A DNA stretch of 61,997 bases, filler included, from Nemertoderma westbladi (lineage: Eukaryota; Animalia; Xenacoelomorpha): NCBI GenBank assembly GCA_032718475.1. It is 3 parts of 3 records of this genome, joined end to end, with 100 filler letters (N's around TTAATTAATTAA, not from the genome) between each part and the next. Parts side by side here need not be neighbours in the genome. Positions count along the whole stretch, not along the records: positions 18,623 to 34,342 come from JAUCBJ010000510.1; positions 34,443 to 61,997 come from JAUCBJ010002893.1; 1 more part is not named here. The stretch is one strand, 5' to 3'. The stretch's first letter is position 1; the number at the start of each line of letters is the position of its first letter. Position numbers and translations under genes: made by a program. Below the pieces are notes generated by a model that searched no databases, was not told the DNA's origin, and saw nothing but the letters and a program-made list of their open reading frames with translations. Positions 26,644 to 39,766 of this stretch are shown here, piece after piece.

Positions 26644-28333
26644 AATTGATGTTAACGACATACTGACTAACAGGGGGGTTGGTATGTATATATTAAATTA
26701 AATGAAAGGAAGAACAGGAGTCTTATACCCCCAATAAAAAATATAGAATCAGGACATTTAGCCCAAAATACACTTCTCGACCCCTAGGGTCATCGAAGAA
26801 CAACAAACACACAAACACAAACAAATATAAATATAAATACATGCTAAACATACAGGTATGTGTTGCAACCCTAACCCTAAGCCTACCCGCCATACACTAA
26901 ATGATACCGTTAATAAACTGCACAATAGCTAAGCCTATATTGTATAAGAAAATATATGACAATTTTGTCTCCGTAAAAGGGGTATGACTGAGGCAAAAAT
27001 AATCAACCTGCAAAAAATACGGCTGCGCCTCGGCGTCCTGGACCAGCACGCGCTAATCCTCGACACCTCGTCAGCTGGACAGGGAATTAGCCAAGCCTAT
27101 CTATAATGCACCGATGACCTAATATAATCGCACCATCAACTCTGTTACCACCTAGCCCAAACAGAAGTCAGACCACAGAACACAGAAACCCTATAGGCCT
27201 ACGGTAAGTAAATATGTTACCAATGTAAAACTGGTAGAGTGCTAGGGCACACACACAGTACAACATTTATATAAGATTTTATGATTTGTAGTAATGTCGG
27301 AATTGTGCTCCACTTTCATAAGATGACAATTGATGTTAACGACATACTGTCTAACAGGGGGGTTGGTATGTATATATTAAATTAAATGAAAGGAAGAACA
27401 GGAGTCTTATACCCCCAATAAAAAATATAGAATCAGGATATTTAGCCCAAAATATACTTCTCGACCCCTAGGGTCATCGAAGAACAACAAACACACAAAC
27501 ACAAACAAATATAAATATAAATACATGCTAAACATACAGGTATGTGTTGCAACCCTAACCCTAAGCCTACCCGCCATACACTAAATGATACCGTTAATAA
27601 ACTGCACAATAGCTAAGCCTATATTGTATAAGAAAATATATGACAATTTTGTCTCCGTAAAAGGGGTATGACTGAGGCAAAAATAATCAACCTGCGAAAA
27701 ATACGGCTGCGCCTTGGCGTCCTGGACCAGCACGCGCTAATCCTCGACACCTCGTCAGCTGGACAGGGAATTAGCCAAGCCTATCTATAATGCACCGATG
27801 ACCTAATATAATCGCACCATCAACTCTGTTACCACCTAGCCCAAACAGAAGTCAGACCACAGAACACAGAAACCCTATAGGCCTACGGTAAGTAAATATG
27901 TTACCAATGTAAAACTGGTAGAGTGCTAGGGCACACACACAGTACAACATTTATATAAGATTTTATGATTTGTAGTAATGTTGGAATTGTGCTCCACTTT
28001 CATAAGATGACAATTGATGTTAACGACATACTGACTAACAGGGGGGTTGGTATGTATATATTAAATTAAATGAAAGGAAGAACAGGAGTCTTATACCCCC
28101 AATAAAAAATATAGAATCAGGATATTTAGCCCAAAATATACTTCTCGACCCCTAGGGTCATCGAAGAACAACAAACACACAAACACAAACAAATATAAAT
28201 ATAAATACATGCTAAACATACAGGTATGTGTTGCAACCCTAACCCTAAGCCTACCCGCCATACACTAAATGATACCATTAATAAACTGCACAATAGCTAA
28301 GCCTATATTGTATAAGAAAATATATGACAATTT
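26644..28333 (-). repeat. 684-bp non-coding unit, ~2.5 near-identical tandem copies
   Basis: Units start at 26644, 27328 and 28012. A diverged homologue lies at 47233-48013 on the opposite strand. Confidence 0.92.
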
Positions 28334-29640
28334 ATTTGTCAATTTGTCTATAGGTAGTATATTTAATTGTCTGTATAGTGGTGGTGCATGTTTCCGGTAG
28401 TGACTGAAGGTAATTGCTCTAATTAATTTGTTTATTTTAGTTTTAATCGGATTAATATGAACAACAAATGTAAATAATTTACATTATATTATTGTTCGCG
28501 CTTTTAAGACCTTTAGCAGTTTAACCTGCCAAATTTATATGTCTTTTAGATTATAAATCGACTTTAGCCTATGACAAGTATTTGATACAAATAAACACTA
28601 CATTAGCCGAAGCCAGCCGAGTGCGTGACCATTCACCCGTTGGATATACCCGGGAGACTGGATTTGGAAGACTTGACCTTATTGCATTGTAAGCCTACTG
28701 TATTATTCGATTGATCGTTAATATATAATCTCTGACAAATATTATTCACTTTCGGGAAATATTAACAGTTCCTTTAGGACGTGGCGCTCTAATTATGTAA
28801 ACAGAGTTATGACTTATACTAAACACAACGGTATGGCTTATGATTCACGTATAAGGCGCATTCTTTAGGAGATGCTTAGTTACCAGGCAAACCATGCACT
28901 CTATCGCACAATACTGCACACCAATCTGCCGACCTTTACTAATTTTAGTCACATATAAAGACCCATGTAGTGCCTATGAAATAGCATTAGATTCACTCCA
29001 AAACCAATACAATATAAGTCGCAATTGCTATATGTAACCTGTCTCTTACCTTCAGTATATCAAGAAGATGGGGTTTTTATGATTCTTTCTCAATATTATC
29101 CAAATAACAATAATATTCCATCAACTGATACAATTAATAACCGACAGTAAATAGCAGTAAAATAATGCGGTGAAAGGCCATAATGCATTGAGTGCACGGT
29201 GGTACCGTAAGGTACCGGTACCGTACCGTGCCGTTTGGTAACAGTTATACGTTCCTGTAATCAAGCCGTTCTAATGTTTGGCTAAAGTCTGAAACACAGA
29301 ATTATTCCACAGCCGATGTTCATGGCGTCAGGAAAAAGGTAAACATAAACCGTAATGCATTGCGCGATTTCCCGGAGGCCTCTGTGTAAAGAGCAAGAGA
29401 ATCGCTCTGATTGGTTGAGTGATTGCACAGAGTGGGCCTGAACAAAGAAACTTCCACGAGTACACCAGATCAGCTGATAGATGTCGTAATCTGAACTACA
29501 CTGTGTAGAGAGTATTATGGCGTATTGCGACATAGGATTGCCAGTTGTGTCCGCCAAAGTACACATACAGAAAAATAGCTTTTTATGTCCACTAAAATAC
29601 CGGTACAGTAAGGAAACGACTTTTATGTCCTTTAAAACAT

Positions 29641-31206
29641 CTAAAGAGTACTTCGCGGGGAATCCTTGGGAGATCCTTCCAAACACTCGATGAGGAATCT
29701 CAGTTTCTCTCCGTTAGATAGCACAGAGTTCTGTATGTTATCTTTATAATATTCATTGAAAGGTAACCATTTCATCTCATCTCCATTGAACTTGACTATC
29801 TCTCCCACCTTTACCGCTTGACGGGCTTCAGTTCTAGCCATTTGACGAGTAAAACTTTCTTGGGCCATCGTGTTATTTAATATCGAGTTATCGGTATATA
29901 AATTTCTCGGATTATGATCAGGTCTATAGGGAATATCATTGTCCACAGGTTTATAATTACCCTTAATAGGGTTCACTATAGGAGTTTCTACTTCGCTAGC
30001 AGTATAGATGCGTGTAGGCTCCACACCTTGCGCATGAGATACTTCAGACCTAACAGGTTGACACATTGTTACCGGGGGTGGTGGTATACCCTTTTGTGTA
30101 TTTACTAATTTATCGCGTTCTAACGCGATACTTTGCTGCACTTCTTGCAACTCTAACCTACTTTCCCTTACTGTGCCCTTGAACTGCTTAACAGTCTCCT
30201 GCATCTGCCCGAGCAGGAGATCCATCCCCCGCTGTCTCTCATCCACCCAATCAACCGCCGAAGCAGGATTCGCCAACGTTGTAGCGGGTGGACGAGGGAT
30301 AACGGGCAACAAATCATTAATATTTCGCTCGGTTCTGTGGGGCACAGGCAGCCTAGTGCTATGAAGAGGGAATTTAGAGATAGGTTCTGGGAGCACAGGT
30401 GTCTCTATCACCGAAGGGGTGATTTCAAGAACAGGCCTAATTATTTCAGGTTCTTCTACTATAGTAGGGAGTCTTTCTATTTTAATTATTTGGTCTGTAG
30501 GTTCTGTACTACCTAAGTTGGTGTTAGTTAGTTGCCTTCTAACAGCTGGGGGCAAATCAGGCAATTTCTGACGGTGGGACATTCTTCTACGGCTGCTTAG
30601 ACGAGATCTATTTCCTCCACCTTCAGGATCGGTGGTATCGCCTTCATCAGATGATGTAAATCCCTGCCGTTTGGGAGTAGATTGACTCATCATCTGCATT
30701 TGACTAGCTGTTAACTGTTTATTGAAGTTGTCTTGCCTCTCTTGAAGAATTTCCAACTCTAGTTGGGTTGTCTCTTCAGATGCCCTCCGTTCTGCTTCTG
30801 CCACTGCCTCCGCCGCCTTTCTTTCTGCTTCGGCCGCTGCTTCTGCCGCCTTTCTTTCCGCTTCTGCCTTTGCCATTGCTGCTGTTACTGCTGCTGTCTT
30901 TCTATCTTCTATTCGTTTTTTCTTTACTTGTTCCTCTTGAACCTTAGTGAGGCGGATGCTTTCATCGAATTTAGCTTGGTTCGCAGCTAACCTATCTACA
31001 TTGATTGCGTCCAACACAAGCTTGGCTCCTTCACTATTAGGGCGAAGTCCAGACAGTCGTCTCCTCAACTCTTCATCACCTAGGAAACGTTGATAGTCTG
31101 ACAGATAGATGTCAATAGCGTCTCTCGTCCGCGGTTTCCCTGCTGTCACTTCGCTTTCGGTTGTATCTATTAGACTGTCTGACAGGTTCTGCTTTGCGTC
31201 AGACAT
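29641..31206 (-). CDS. BEL/Pao Gag (coiled coil + truncated DUF1759-like domain)
   Basis: IVKFNGDEMKWLPF...IQNSVLSNGEKLRFLIECLEG is the typical DUF1759 start. AEAERKAAEA coiled-coil repeats. The ORF ends at the LTR. Confidence 0.8.
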   Translation of the reverse strand: MSDAKQNLSDSLIDTTESEVTAGKPRTRDAIDIYLSDYQRFLGDEELRRRLSGLRPNSEGAKLVLDAINVDRLAANQAKFDESIRLTKVQEEQVKKKRIEDRKTAAVTAAMAKAEAERKAAEAAAEAERKAAEAVAEAERRASEETTQLELEILQERQDNFNKQLTASQMQMMSQSTPKRQGFTSSDEGDTTDPEGGGNRSRLSSRRRMSHRQKLPDLPPAVRRQLTNTNLGSTEPTDQIIKIERLPTIVEEPEIIRPVLEITPSVIETPVLPEPISKFPLHSTRLPVPHRTERNINDLLPVIPRPPATTLANPASAVDWVDERQRGMDLLLGQMQETVKQFKGTVRESRLELQEVQQSIALERDKLVNTQKGIPPPPVTMCQPVRSEVSHAQGVEPTRIYTASEVETPIVNPIKGNYKPVDNDIPYRPDHNPRNLYTDNSILNNTMAQESFTRQMARTEARQAVKVGEIVKFNGDEMKWLPFNEYYKDNIQNSVLSNGEKLRFLIECLEGSPKDSPRSTL

Positions 31207-32534
31207 GTTTGTTTATACAGTTGAATGCCTACTGCTATATTACAGTTAAAGCACGTCTAGTAATTCAGTATCACTGCTAGCCTATTAATTAATTACCGAT
31301 ACCGCTACTCAAGGTATCGTGATATATATACAATATATTAGAATACCGGTATACTTATAATATATAGGTATTATTACAGACTAGATTTGTCACAGAATAC
31401 CGGTATGTAATTCCAGCACAAATATATATAAATATATAATAGGCCTATCGTGAATACCGGTATACAGCTTACACTTATGGTATATATAAGTATAATTATG
31501 GACTAGAATTAATTACAGAATACCGGTATAATTTCAGCCTAAATTTATAGAAATAAATATAATAAGCCTATTGTAAATACCGGTGTGTCAATTATTTTAA
31601 ATAATTGAATTTCTGAATTTTTAGGGGTTACTTGGTTACTTTACTTACTTTATTACCGTTATTTGAGCAGTAGTCCAACTGATATTGAGACCTAATTGTT
31701 GTATCGCAGGCCTACTATTTATAAATCGTTTGAGTTGATTTATAATATATATATACCCGTTTAATGGGTTTTGTCAATATTTGAAATAAATGTTATTATT
31801 TCTGGGGGAAGTCACTACACAGAAGCTGTGCGCTTTCAGTGAAGTGCTACTTGTTGGACACTAAAACAAATAATTCTAATTTACCTAAGTTACTTAATAC
31901 TACAAATTACGTACAATTCGGTGTGAGATTACAATCTCTAAATAAACACAAATATTACAAGTACGAATTTTTAGGGTAATTTTACAAGAAGTCTACAAAC
32001 CAGCCTAACAAAGGGTTAGAATATCTGGTTATTACAACGGACAGGATACTACGGTATTTGAAAATAATACGCGGTAGTAAATATATTGCGCAGTCCAGAT
32101 AGGAAAAATACCACCGTCTGACGACTTATAGCCGTATCGCTATAAGTACTATGTTATGTATCACGGAGTGTTCCTACCTAGAAGTTAATTACCGCGGTCT
32201 ACCAGAACCAACGTGCCTATTAACCACTTTACAACACAAATATACTGCCTACGCACTAATTACCTTCTGAAAGCACTGTCCACTAAACCCTAGATTAGGT
32301 ACAAGTACTTGTACAACAAATAATCAGTAGTTAAAAATACTTGAACAGCTAAAAGAACCACGGTATCTGCTGGAGTGACCAAAGCACAAAATCTCCAGTC
32401 TTTACCTACGCCGAGCAGCCCTGATGTAGTACCGGGGTTAATTTAACTATAACGGTATGTATAACAAGCACAATTACTGTAGGAATAAATTCGGGGATAT
32501 GAATGTTGCGAATAATCACATAAACTCTGAATAA

Positions 32535-33110
32535 TAAATATTACGCTACGCGTACAGACTACTCAAACAAAATGCAGACCAAATACTGACAGACTACTAT
32601 CAAGCCTAAACAAACTACGGTATATGCAGACTCCGAAATGGTTAGTTAGTATGCGTTCTAACCGAGTAGTACGACTTATTCTTTCGAGGGGGTTTACCTC
32701 ACAACACTGGAAGCCCCTACGTTCCTAACCGGCACTTTATCGGACATACACTCTACACACACCACAATCTCTTCAGACCTATCAACAGCCAGACAGCAAT
32801 CCAGCCTACAAATTATCTAAATAAGAAATATTACGCTACCCGTACAGACTACACAAACAAAAAACAAACCAAACGCTGGCAGACTACTATCAAGCCTAAA
32901 TAAACTACAGTATATGCAGATTCCGAAATGGTTAGTTAGTATGCGTTCTAACCGAGTAGTACGACTTATTCTTTTGAGGGGGTTTACCTCACAGCACTGG
33001 AAGCCCCTACGTTCCTAACTAGTACATTATCGGACAGATACTCTACACACACTGCAATGTCTTCAGACCCAACAACAGTCAGACAACAGTCCAGCCTACA
33101 AATTATCTGT
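32535..33110. repeat. ~290-bp tandem duplication in the BEL leader
   Basis: aatattacgctac...ccagcctacaaattatct occurs twice in tandem. Confidence 0.85.
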
Positions 33111-34342
33111 ACAATCTGAGCAGGCTTACACGTCTTCTGCTCAATATTAGCCTACAATTAAATAAAACTGACAGAAATAAATAAGCTCCAAAAGAAACAA
33201 GGGGTGTACAGTCCCTAATCTCTTAAGCAGCCTACCACTATACAATATCACAATCGAAATAATACTGATGTACGGTACCTGTACTGTAAGTACCGGTTCC
33301 AGTGGTTAGGTAGTTAGGCCTACAGGTTACCGGTCGACCGGTACTTCTCTCTTTATTGCCTACGCCGCAATAAAGAAGCTATAACTGTTACTGTTCGCGC
33401 TTTTAAGACCTTTAGCAGTTTAACCTGCCAAATTTATATGTCTTTTAGATTATAAATCGACTTTAGCCTATGACAAGTATTTGATACAAATAAACACTAC
33501 ATTAGCCGAAGCCAGCCGAGTGCGTGACCATTCACCCGTTGGATATACCCGGGAGACTGGATTCGGAAGACTTGACCTTATTGCGTTGAAAGCCTACTGT
33601 ATTATTCGATTGATCGTTAATATATAATCTCTGACAAATATTATTCACTTTCGGGAAATATTAACAGTTCCTTTAGGACGTGGCGCTCTAATTATGTAAA
33701 CAGAGTTATGACTTATACTAAACACAATGGTATGGCTTATGATTCACGTATAAGGCGCATTCTTTAGGAGATGCTTAGTTACCAGGCAAACCATGCACTC
33801 TATTGCACAATACTGCACACCAATCTGCCGACCTTTACTAATTTTAGTCACATATAAAGAGAACAGCAACTGACCCATGTAGTGCCTATGAAATAGCATT
33901 AGATTCACTCCAAAACCAATACAATATAAGTCGCAATTGCTATATGTAACCTGTCTCTTACCTTCAGTATATCAAGAAGATGGGGTTTTTATGATTCTTT
34001 CTCGATATTATCCAAATAACAATAATATTCCATCAACTGATACAATTAATAACCGACAGTAAATAGCAGTAAAATAATGCGGTGAAAGGCCATAATGCAT
34101 TGAGTGCACGGTGGTACCGTAAGGTACCGGTACCGTACCTGTTATGGTAACAGTTATACGTTCCTGTAATCAAGCCGTTCTAATGTTTGGCTAAAGTCTG
34201 AAACACAGAATTATTCCACAGCCGATGTTCGTGGCGTCAGGAAAAAGGTAAACATAAACCGTAATGCATTGCGCGATTTCCCGGAGGCCTCTGTGTAAAG
34301 AGCAAGAGAATCGCTCTGATTGGTTGAGTGATTGCACAGAGT

Positions 34343-34442
34343 NNNNNNNNNNNNNNNNNNNNNNNNNNNNNNNNNNNNNNNNNNNNTTAATTAATTAANN
34401 NNNNNNNNNNNNNNNNNNNNNNNNNNNNNNNNNNNNNNNNNN
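34343..34442. other. Scaffold gap with artificial linker
   Basis: 100-nt N run containing ttaattaattaa. Confidence 0.95.
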
Positions 34443-37400
34443 CTCTGTCTTTCTTTTTTGATAACTCTTCAATTATCCTTCAAAGTGCCAATATGGCCTC
34501 CATGGTCCCACGACCTTTACGGAACCCATTCTGATTTCCACGGAGCAGTCTCTCAATGAGATCCCTGATGCGATTTAATACAATTCTATTGTATAGCTTT
34601 GCAGTAATCGAGATCAGTGAGATTCCCCGAAAAGAACCATAGAGTGATAGGTTGCCCTTCTTAGGAACTTATTTTTATTTATTTTTTATTTTATTCTTTA
34701 TTGCAGGCATCGCCCATAGTAAAATTGCTAAATAATATACAGTAAATAGCACAGAAGTATAAATATAGTGATACACAGATATACATATATATTATATACC
34801 AGTATTGAATAACTATTTATTTAAGAATAACATTAATATAGATATGCACTATTATCGATTCTAGAACAACAGTAGGTGACGTTATAAACTGAATTAACGA
34901 CAGTGTTTATCGAACAACAAATCCTATTAAAGAGACTATTTACACATCGAAATCTAATGTGTACGAAACACGGTAAATTATGTTCTCCGAAGAATTGTGA
35001 CATGCTGGTAGAGGAGACCTGTGCACTAGAAAGTCGGGGAATATTAAATAGTATTCGAGCTGCGTTGTTGTAGGCAACTCTAACGCGGTTATATACAACA
35101 GATGAGTAATTCCGTCTCGCCCACAGAGCATTGCAATACAGTGGTGTGAGGAACGCACGGAATAAACAACATTTGACCGATACAGAACATGCACTAAATT
35201 TACGAATTAATAAATTAGCACGTGCATAAATGATCCTAATAGTTTTCTCTGATATCATAATCGTCATCGCCAGTGCGATGTTTTATCTATGCCAGATATT
35301 TAAACATATCAGTTTCAATTATACATTTACCATTTAGAAAGACTGGAGCCATACCAACAATTCCAGTGCGCTTAGAAGCAAAATACATAACTTTTGTCTT
35401 TTTTAGATTGAAGAGGATGCCATGTTTCGAGGCAAAATCTTCGCAGATATCAAGCAAGCTTTGCAAACCAATAACGGAATTAGAAAGCAGATTTAGGTCA
35501 TAGGCATACATCAAATGATTGACCCTCTTGCCATCCAATGCACAACCGAAACCGGCCTTGGTTAGCAAGACGGACAAATCATCCATATAAACATTGAATA
35601 AATTATGCAGAGAGCATTCCGCCCTGTTTTACACCGTTAGACACTGTAAAAGGAGTAGAAAATGATGACCCCCATTTAACACGTAACGATTGACTAGAGT
35701 ACCAATACGCACAATGTATAGTGGCACATTACGCTTTATCAGCTTCTGGTACAATGTAGGCCTACTGTGCACAATTCGATCAAAAGCCTTAGAGGCATCC
35801 ATAAAGCAAACATAAACTGATGAATCGTTGTACAAATAGTAGTCTATTATTTCTAATAGAATGTACGTACACAATTCAGTTCCACTACAACGTTTGTACG
35901 CGAATTGATTGTCGGTTGTTATCAAATATGATTCTATTCTAGAAAGAACTACATATTCAAACACTTTACTAATCATTGTCGCTATAGCAATACCCCTATA
36001 ATTTGACTTTGAACAGCGATTGATAATCATTCGCAAACATTTCACATATTTCAGGTTCACCGTTTGTGCCGTCAATAACGTTAGGTAAAGGTACTGGAAC
36101 TTTAGATTGTTTATTTACGGAATCCCAAAACGACTTACTGTCGATATTCAAGTTAGCAGTCGGCAACTTATCAGCCCTATTATGAGCATCATTATGTTTA
36201 CATTGTCTAAACACACGTTTGAAATGTGCCCTAGCAGTTAGGTAGTCTCTATGAACCGCACCTTGCTTAGGGCAACCAGCATTTCGCCAATCAGCAAACG
36301 ATTTTCGTGAGATTTCATAATATTCTTTGACACTGTCATTCCAGCCTGGAATGTTATGATTTTTCGCCTTGTTATTATCAGATTTGTTGCTCCTAGGCAA
36401 GGTTTGGTTTGCACAAGTCGTCAAAACATTCGATATGGAATTCCAGACCGATGATATGCACCCATTATGTTGAGTGTTGTTACACTGACAATCATTACAA
36501 TATAACCCTACGTTGTCCGTGATAATTAAATTACTCAATGCAGCATCCACTGAACGGCTGTACTCTAGCAAATGTTCTGCAGTAGCCCTGCCCCAGTTCG
36601 GGACATTAACTCCAGAGCAGTCGCTAGGGGGCGTACCAGCTGCAGTGCCTACCGTATCTAAGTTACAGCTAAGAATACACCGAATTGGTATATGGTCAAC
36701 AACACACAGATTATAATCAATAGCGATATTACTAACGGAAGTACTAGCTCCAATAGAGCAAACAATGTGGTCTAACCATGAAACGCTAGAGTGTGCACTG
36801 TGCAGCACTGACAAAAGTAAAACTGTCAGCTGGGAGGTGGCTAGTGTCTACAATGGACAGACCACATTCGTCACACCATTCTCGCATCTCCGTGTAAAAA
36901 GTTGTACCAGGGGCAGCATTAAAATCGCCTAACAGAAAACAACTTGTAGTTGGTACTGATTCAATACAAGTTTGTAAACGGCCTAAATATTCTAGAAACA
37001 AATCATAAATTTCTTTACATCGATATCAAGGTGTAATCGATATGGAAGATACACATTAATAACTAATTGTTTAGCACCATCAGAAGAATTAATACAAAAA
37101 GGCATGATACGGTTATCATCAATTTCAATAAAATCTATATGTTTTGCAAATTCCTGCCTGACTAAAACAGCCAATCCGCCAAATGTGCGGCCTTGCAAGA
37201 AACCGGTAGACAAATCAACCGGAGATTTTGCGTGCGGTAAAAAATCTCCGTCGATGGTTGACAGGAAACTAAGATCCTGTTGAGGGAGCATGTGCTCCTG
37301 CAACAGCACAATGTCTGAGGTATCACACAGCGTCTTCACTGTTGCTAGTGATGAAGCTGTCCTAACCGAATTACAATTATAGGACAAAATTCTAATATTG

Positions 37401-38600
37401 TGTGTACCCATGATTGGTTATAGTAGTTACACATATTATTAAAATTATATCATTATCATATCATAAAAAGGTTAAAAATTTAAACTATAGTATAAAAATA
37501 TATTGGGATAAATATATATACATATATTAGATAATTATTCATTTATTCACTTAAAAACCGCCAAAACAAAAGGTAGTCAATCACTTGCCTCGGTCTGATT
37601 ACCGGGGCTATCGTGGACAGACTGAGCCGGTGACGATTGAGCCGTAACAGTCCTTGTTGTCTTGTTGAACTGGCGCCAATTTATTTGTTTTCATTTCTTG
37701 TGACACTCTCGTCGTTCTGTACGTACATGTCTATTATGATGGGGTAAATGAGCTCCAAACACTCTGGTTATTTAAAGACCTCAGGGGGCAAACCATGTAC
37801 TCCACTGGCACGCTTTGTCTTAATGCTCTTTGTAGCAGCGGTCCCTTCAGCAAAGGATATATCGCCAATTGGAATATCTGGGAGTAGAGACTCAGAAGAC
37901 ATTTTTACTTCTATAAAGTTATCAGCCAATACCCTGTCCTTATTGAGGAGCTTTTCGAAGTGGGCCTTCCAACCATTGAGGCGATCGGCTGGTGAATCTG
38001 CATTAACCTTGGTGGTTGATTGGCTTTTCCGCCCAGTCAGCAAGTTGATCGATTTCCATGCCTGGGATGATTACCTGCCGTTTGAGTCGGGACTCTTTTT
38101 GCGCCTTATAGAGGTAATTTCGGTACTTCCGAATTCTGTGGTCAGTCCAGGGGGCCTTTTTCCTGTTTCGAGGGTATACAGGAACTGTTTCTGCAGCTGC
38201 TAACTTAACTGCCTCTGTGAAGGCAGTATAGCCCTCACAGTGATCTGCCGCCTCAGAGGCAAGAGCCTCATACCTGTTGCTCAGCTGTAGAGTGAAGCTG
38301 GATCTCACACTTGGCTGTTGCAACAGAGAGGACCAGTCATTCCGCGGCAAGGCAGATTTCGTTGTTCTGCAAGTACGCAGACTAAGTCTTACCTTGGCCA
38401 CAATAAGGCGTTGATCACTGGAGAAGGGTCGAAGTGTAAATACATTACAGTCTTGAATAGAGCTCCTGTATTTCCTATTAAACGGAATTAATTATGGTCT
38501 TTTATTATGGAATTATGGGATTTCTGACCACTGGGTCCACTATGAGTCCAAAGTTACCCAACACCCATCCATATGTCAATGTATGTCCGTACAGTACGTG
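34443..38600 (-). mobile_element. Degenerate RTE LINE split by an RTEX insertion
   Basis: 37672-38600: SDQRLIVAKVRLSLR, LQLSNRYEAL, WKAHFEKLLN, GLPPEVFK...NKLAPV. Continues at 34669-34443 as PKKGNLS...FRGISL...QNGFRKGRGT. Confidence 0.8.
34670..37666 (-). mobile_element. Degenerate RTEX-like LINE (EN + RT, A-rich tail)
   Basis: SYNCN, LLQEH, GGLAV, NVYLP, GDFNA, WLDH, IPGWN, NYRGI, FMDASKAFD, LMYA(Y)DL, with multiple frameshifts. TSD gaact at 34665-34669 and 37667-37671. Confidence 0.85.
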
Positions 38601-38763
38601 CTACTAAACTTTCACCTCTCTTTTGGAAATCACACTCCGTACTGCACTCGAAAACACCAGATCAGCTTTTTATATCGTTATAAGGGATATATATTTAGCA
38701 TTATATATAATTACAGCGATCAGCGGATTGGTTACAGAGTCGTGAATCACAGATGTGGGACGC

Positions 38764-38804
38764 CATAGACGCTGTATAGAGATATCTCTACATAGCATTC
38801 CATG
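38764..38804. mobile_element. 41-bp P-superfamily-like miniature element
   Basis: catag...catg imperfect hairpin flanked by 7-bp TSD gggacgc at 38757-38763 and 38805-38811. Confidence 0.6.
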
Positions 38805-39139
38805 GGGACGCGGACAGGAAACATGTCAGTTGGTCAGCTGATTCAATTATTGCAGCAACATTATTGTGAGCTAAACCTGCTTATGATGAGTATTTGTAAT
38901 TAATATGTTCAATTATTGTGATCTCAATAGATTGTATTTTACCGTAGTATTACTCCATATTTGGTATTGGATATTTCATGTAAAATATATTACATTCACT
39001 TTCTAATAAATAAATAAATAAGTTTCTATAAATTATAAATGGTTAAAGTTTAACTTGATTAATACAGTATTTATAGGCCTAATTTGTATGTATTCATACA
39101 ATCCTCATATTAATTTTGTTATAATGTTTGTGTGTACCA

Positions 39140-39766
39140 ATTTGGTCATTGGTCAGCGTTCCATTTCTTATTCAGGAGCAGTTCTTTGGAATTCATTACC
39201 ACAAAACCTTGTTAATTTAAAAAATAAAATACATTTAGAAAACATATAAAAATTATTTAATTAACTCCCCAATTGCAGATATACAACCTTACTACAGTAC
39301 TTACTACAGTCTGTAGGCCTGCTACTGCAGGTCGAGCGAACTCAGACAGTGGAAATGAGATTCTTCCAGGCTTCCCGATTCTCCATAGTTGTCGAAATCT
39401 TAATCAATGAAAAACATCAATACGGTAGCGTCGTTTACTCGGGGGGTGTGGGCCATAGGGTGGGTGTCTGGGGTGGGCATGTATGCAGGGTGGACTGGGG
39501 TGGGGCTGTGACGTTGCTTTTCTTCTAGTTTCCTATGTAGTGTGAAGGTGTCATTCCAAAACAAAATTATTTGAATACATTATTATTATTTTATTTGTAT
39601 AAATTGAAATTATACTGTTTGTGCATTTCATACCGGTAAAGTGTAGTCACATCTCTGCTAGCACTGTGTGCTATTCGTGGCTACCCTTAAACACATTGTT
39701 ATTGCTGTAATTTGATTTATAATTTTATGATAATAATAATTGAAAATTGAATTGAATTGAATTGAA
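39140..39766 (+). mobile_element. 3' remnant(s) of Crack/L2-type LINE
   Basis: GQRSISYSGAVLWNSLPQNL is a typical ORF2 C-terminal motif. (attga)n tail near 39740-39766. Confidence 0.55.

Larger units (their letters stand above)
28493..34342 (-). mobile_element. Internally deleted BEL/Pao LTR retrotransposon (LTR - leader - gag - LTR)
   Basis: Near-identical direct repeats at 28493-29639 (TGTT...AACA) and 33392-34342 (runs into the gap) flank a BEL-type gag. No pol is present. Confidence 0.75.

Noticed and set aside
26770-26800. Second hammerhead or C/D-box-like hairpin (gatga-ccctagggg-tcgag, minus strand)
   Set aside because: Neither family copy has CUGANGA/GAAA or intact C and D boxes.
27040-27091. 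HDV-like double pseudoknot on the + strand
   Set aside because: The topology partly fits, but P1 is mismatched and there is no P4 or catalytic C in J4/2.
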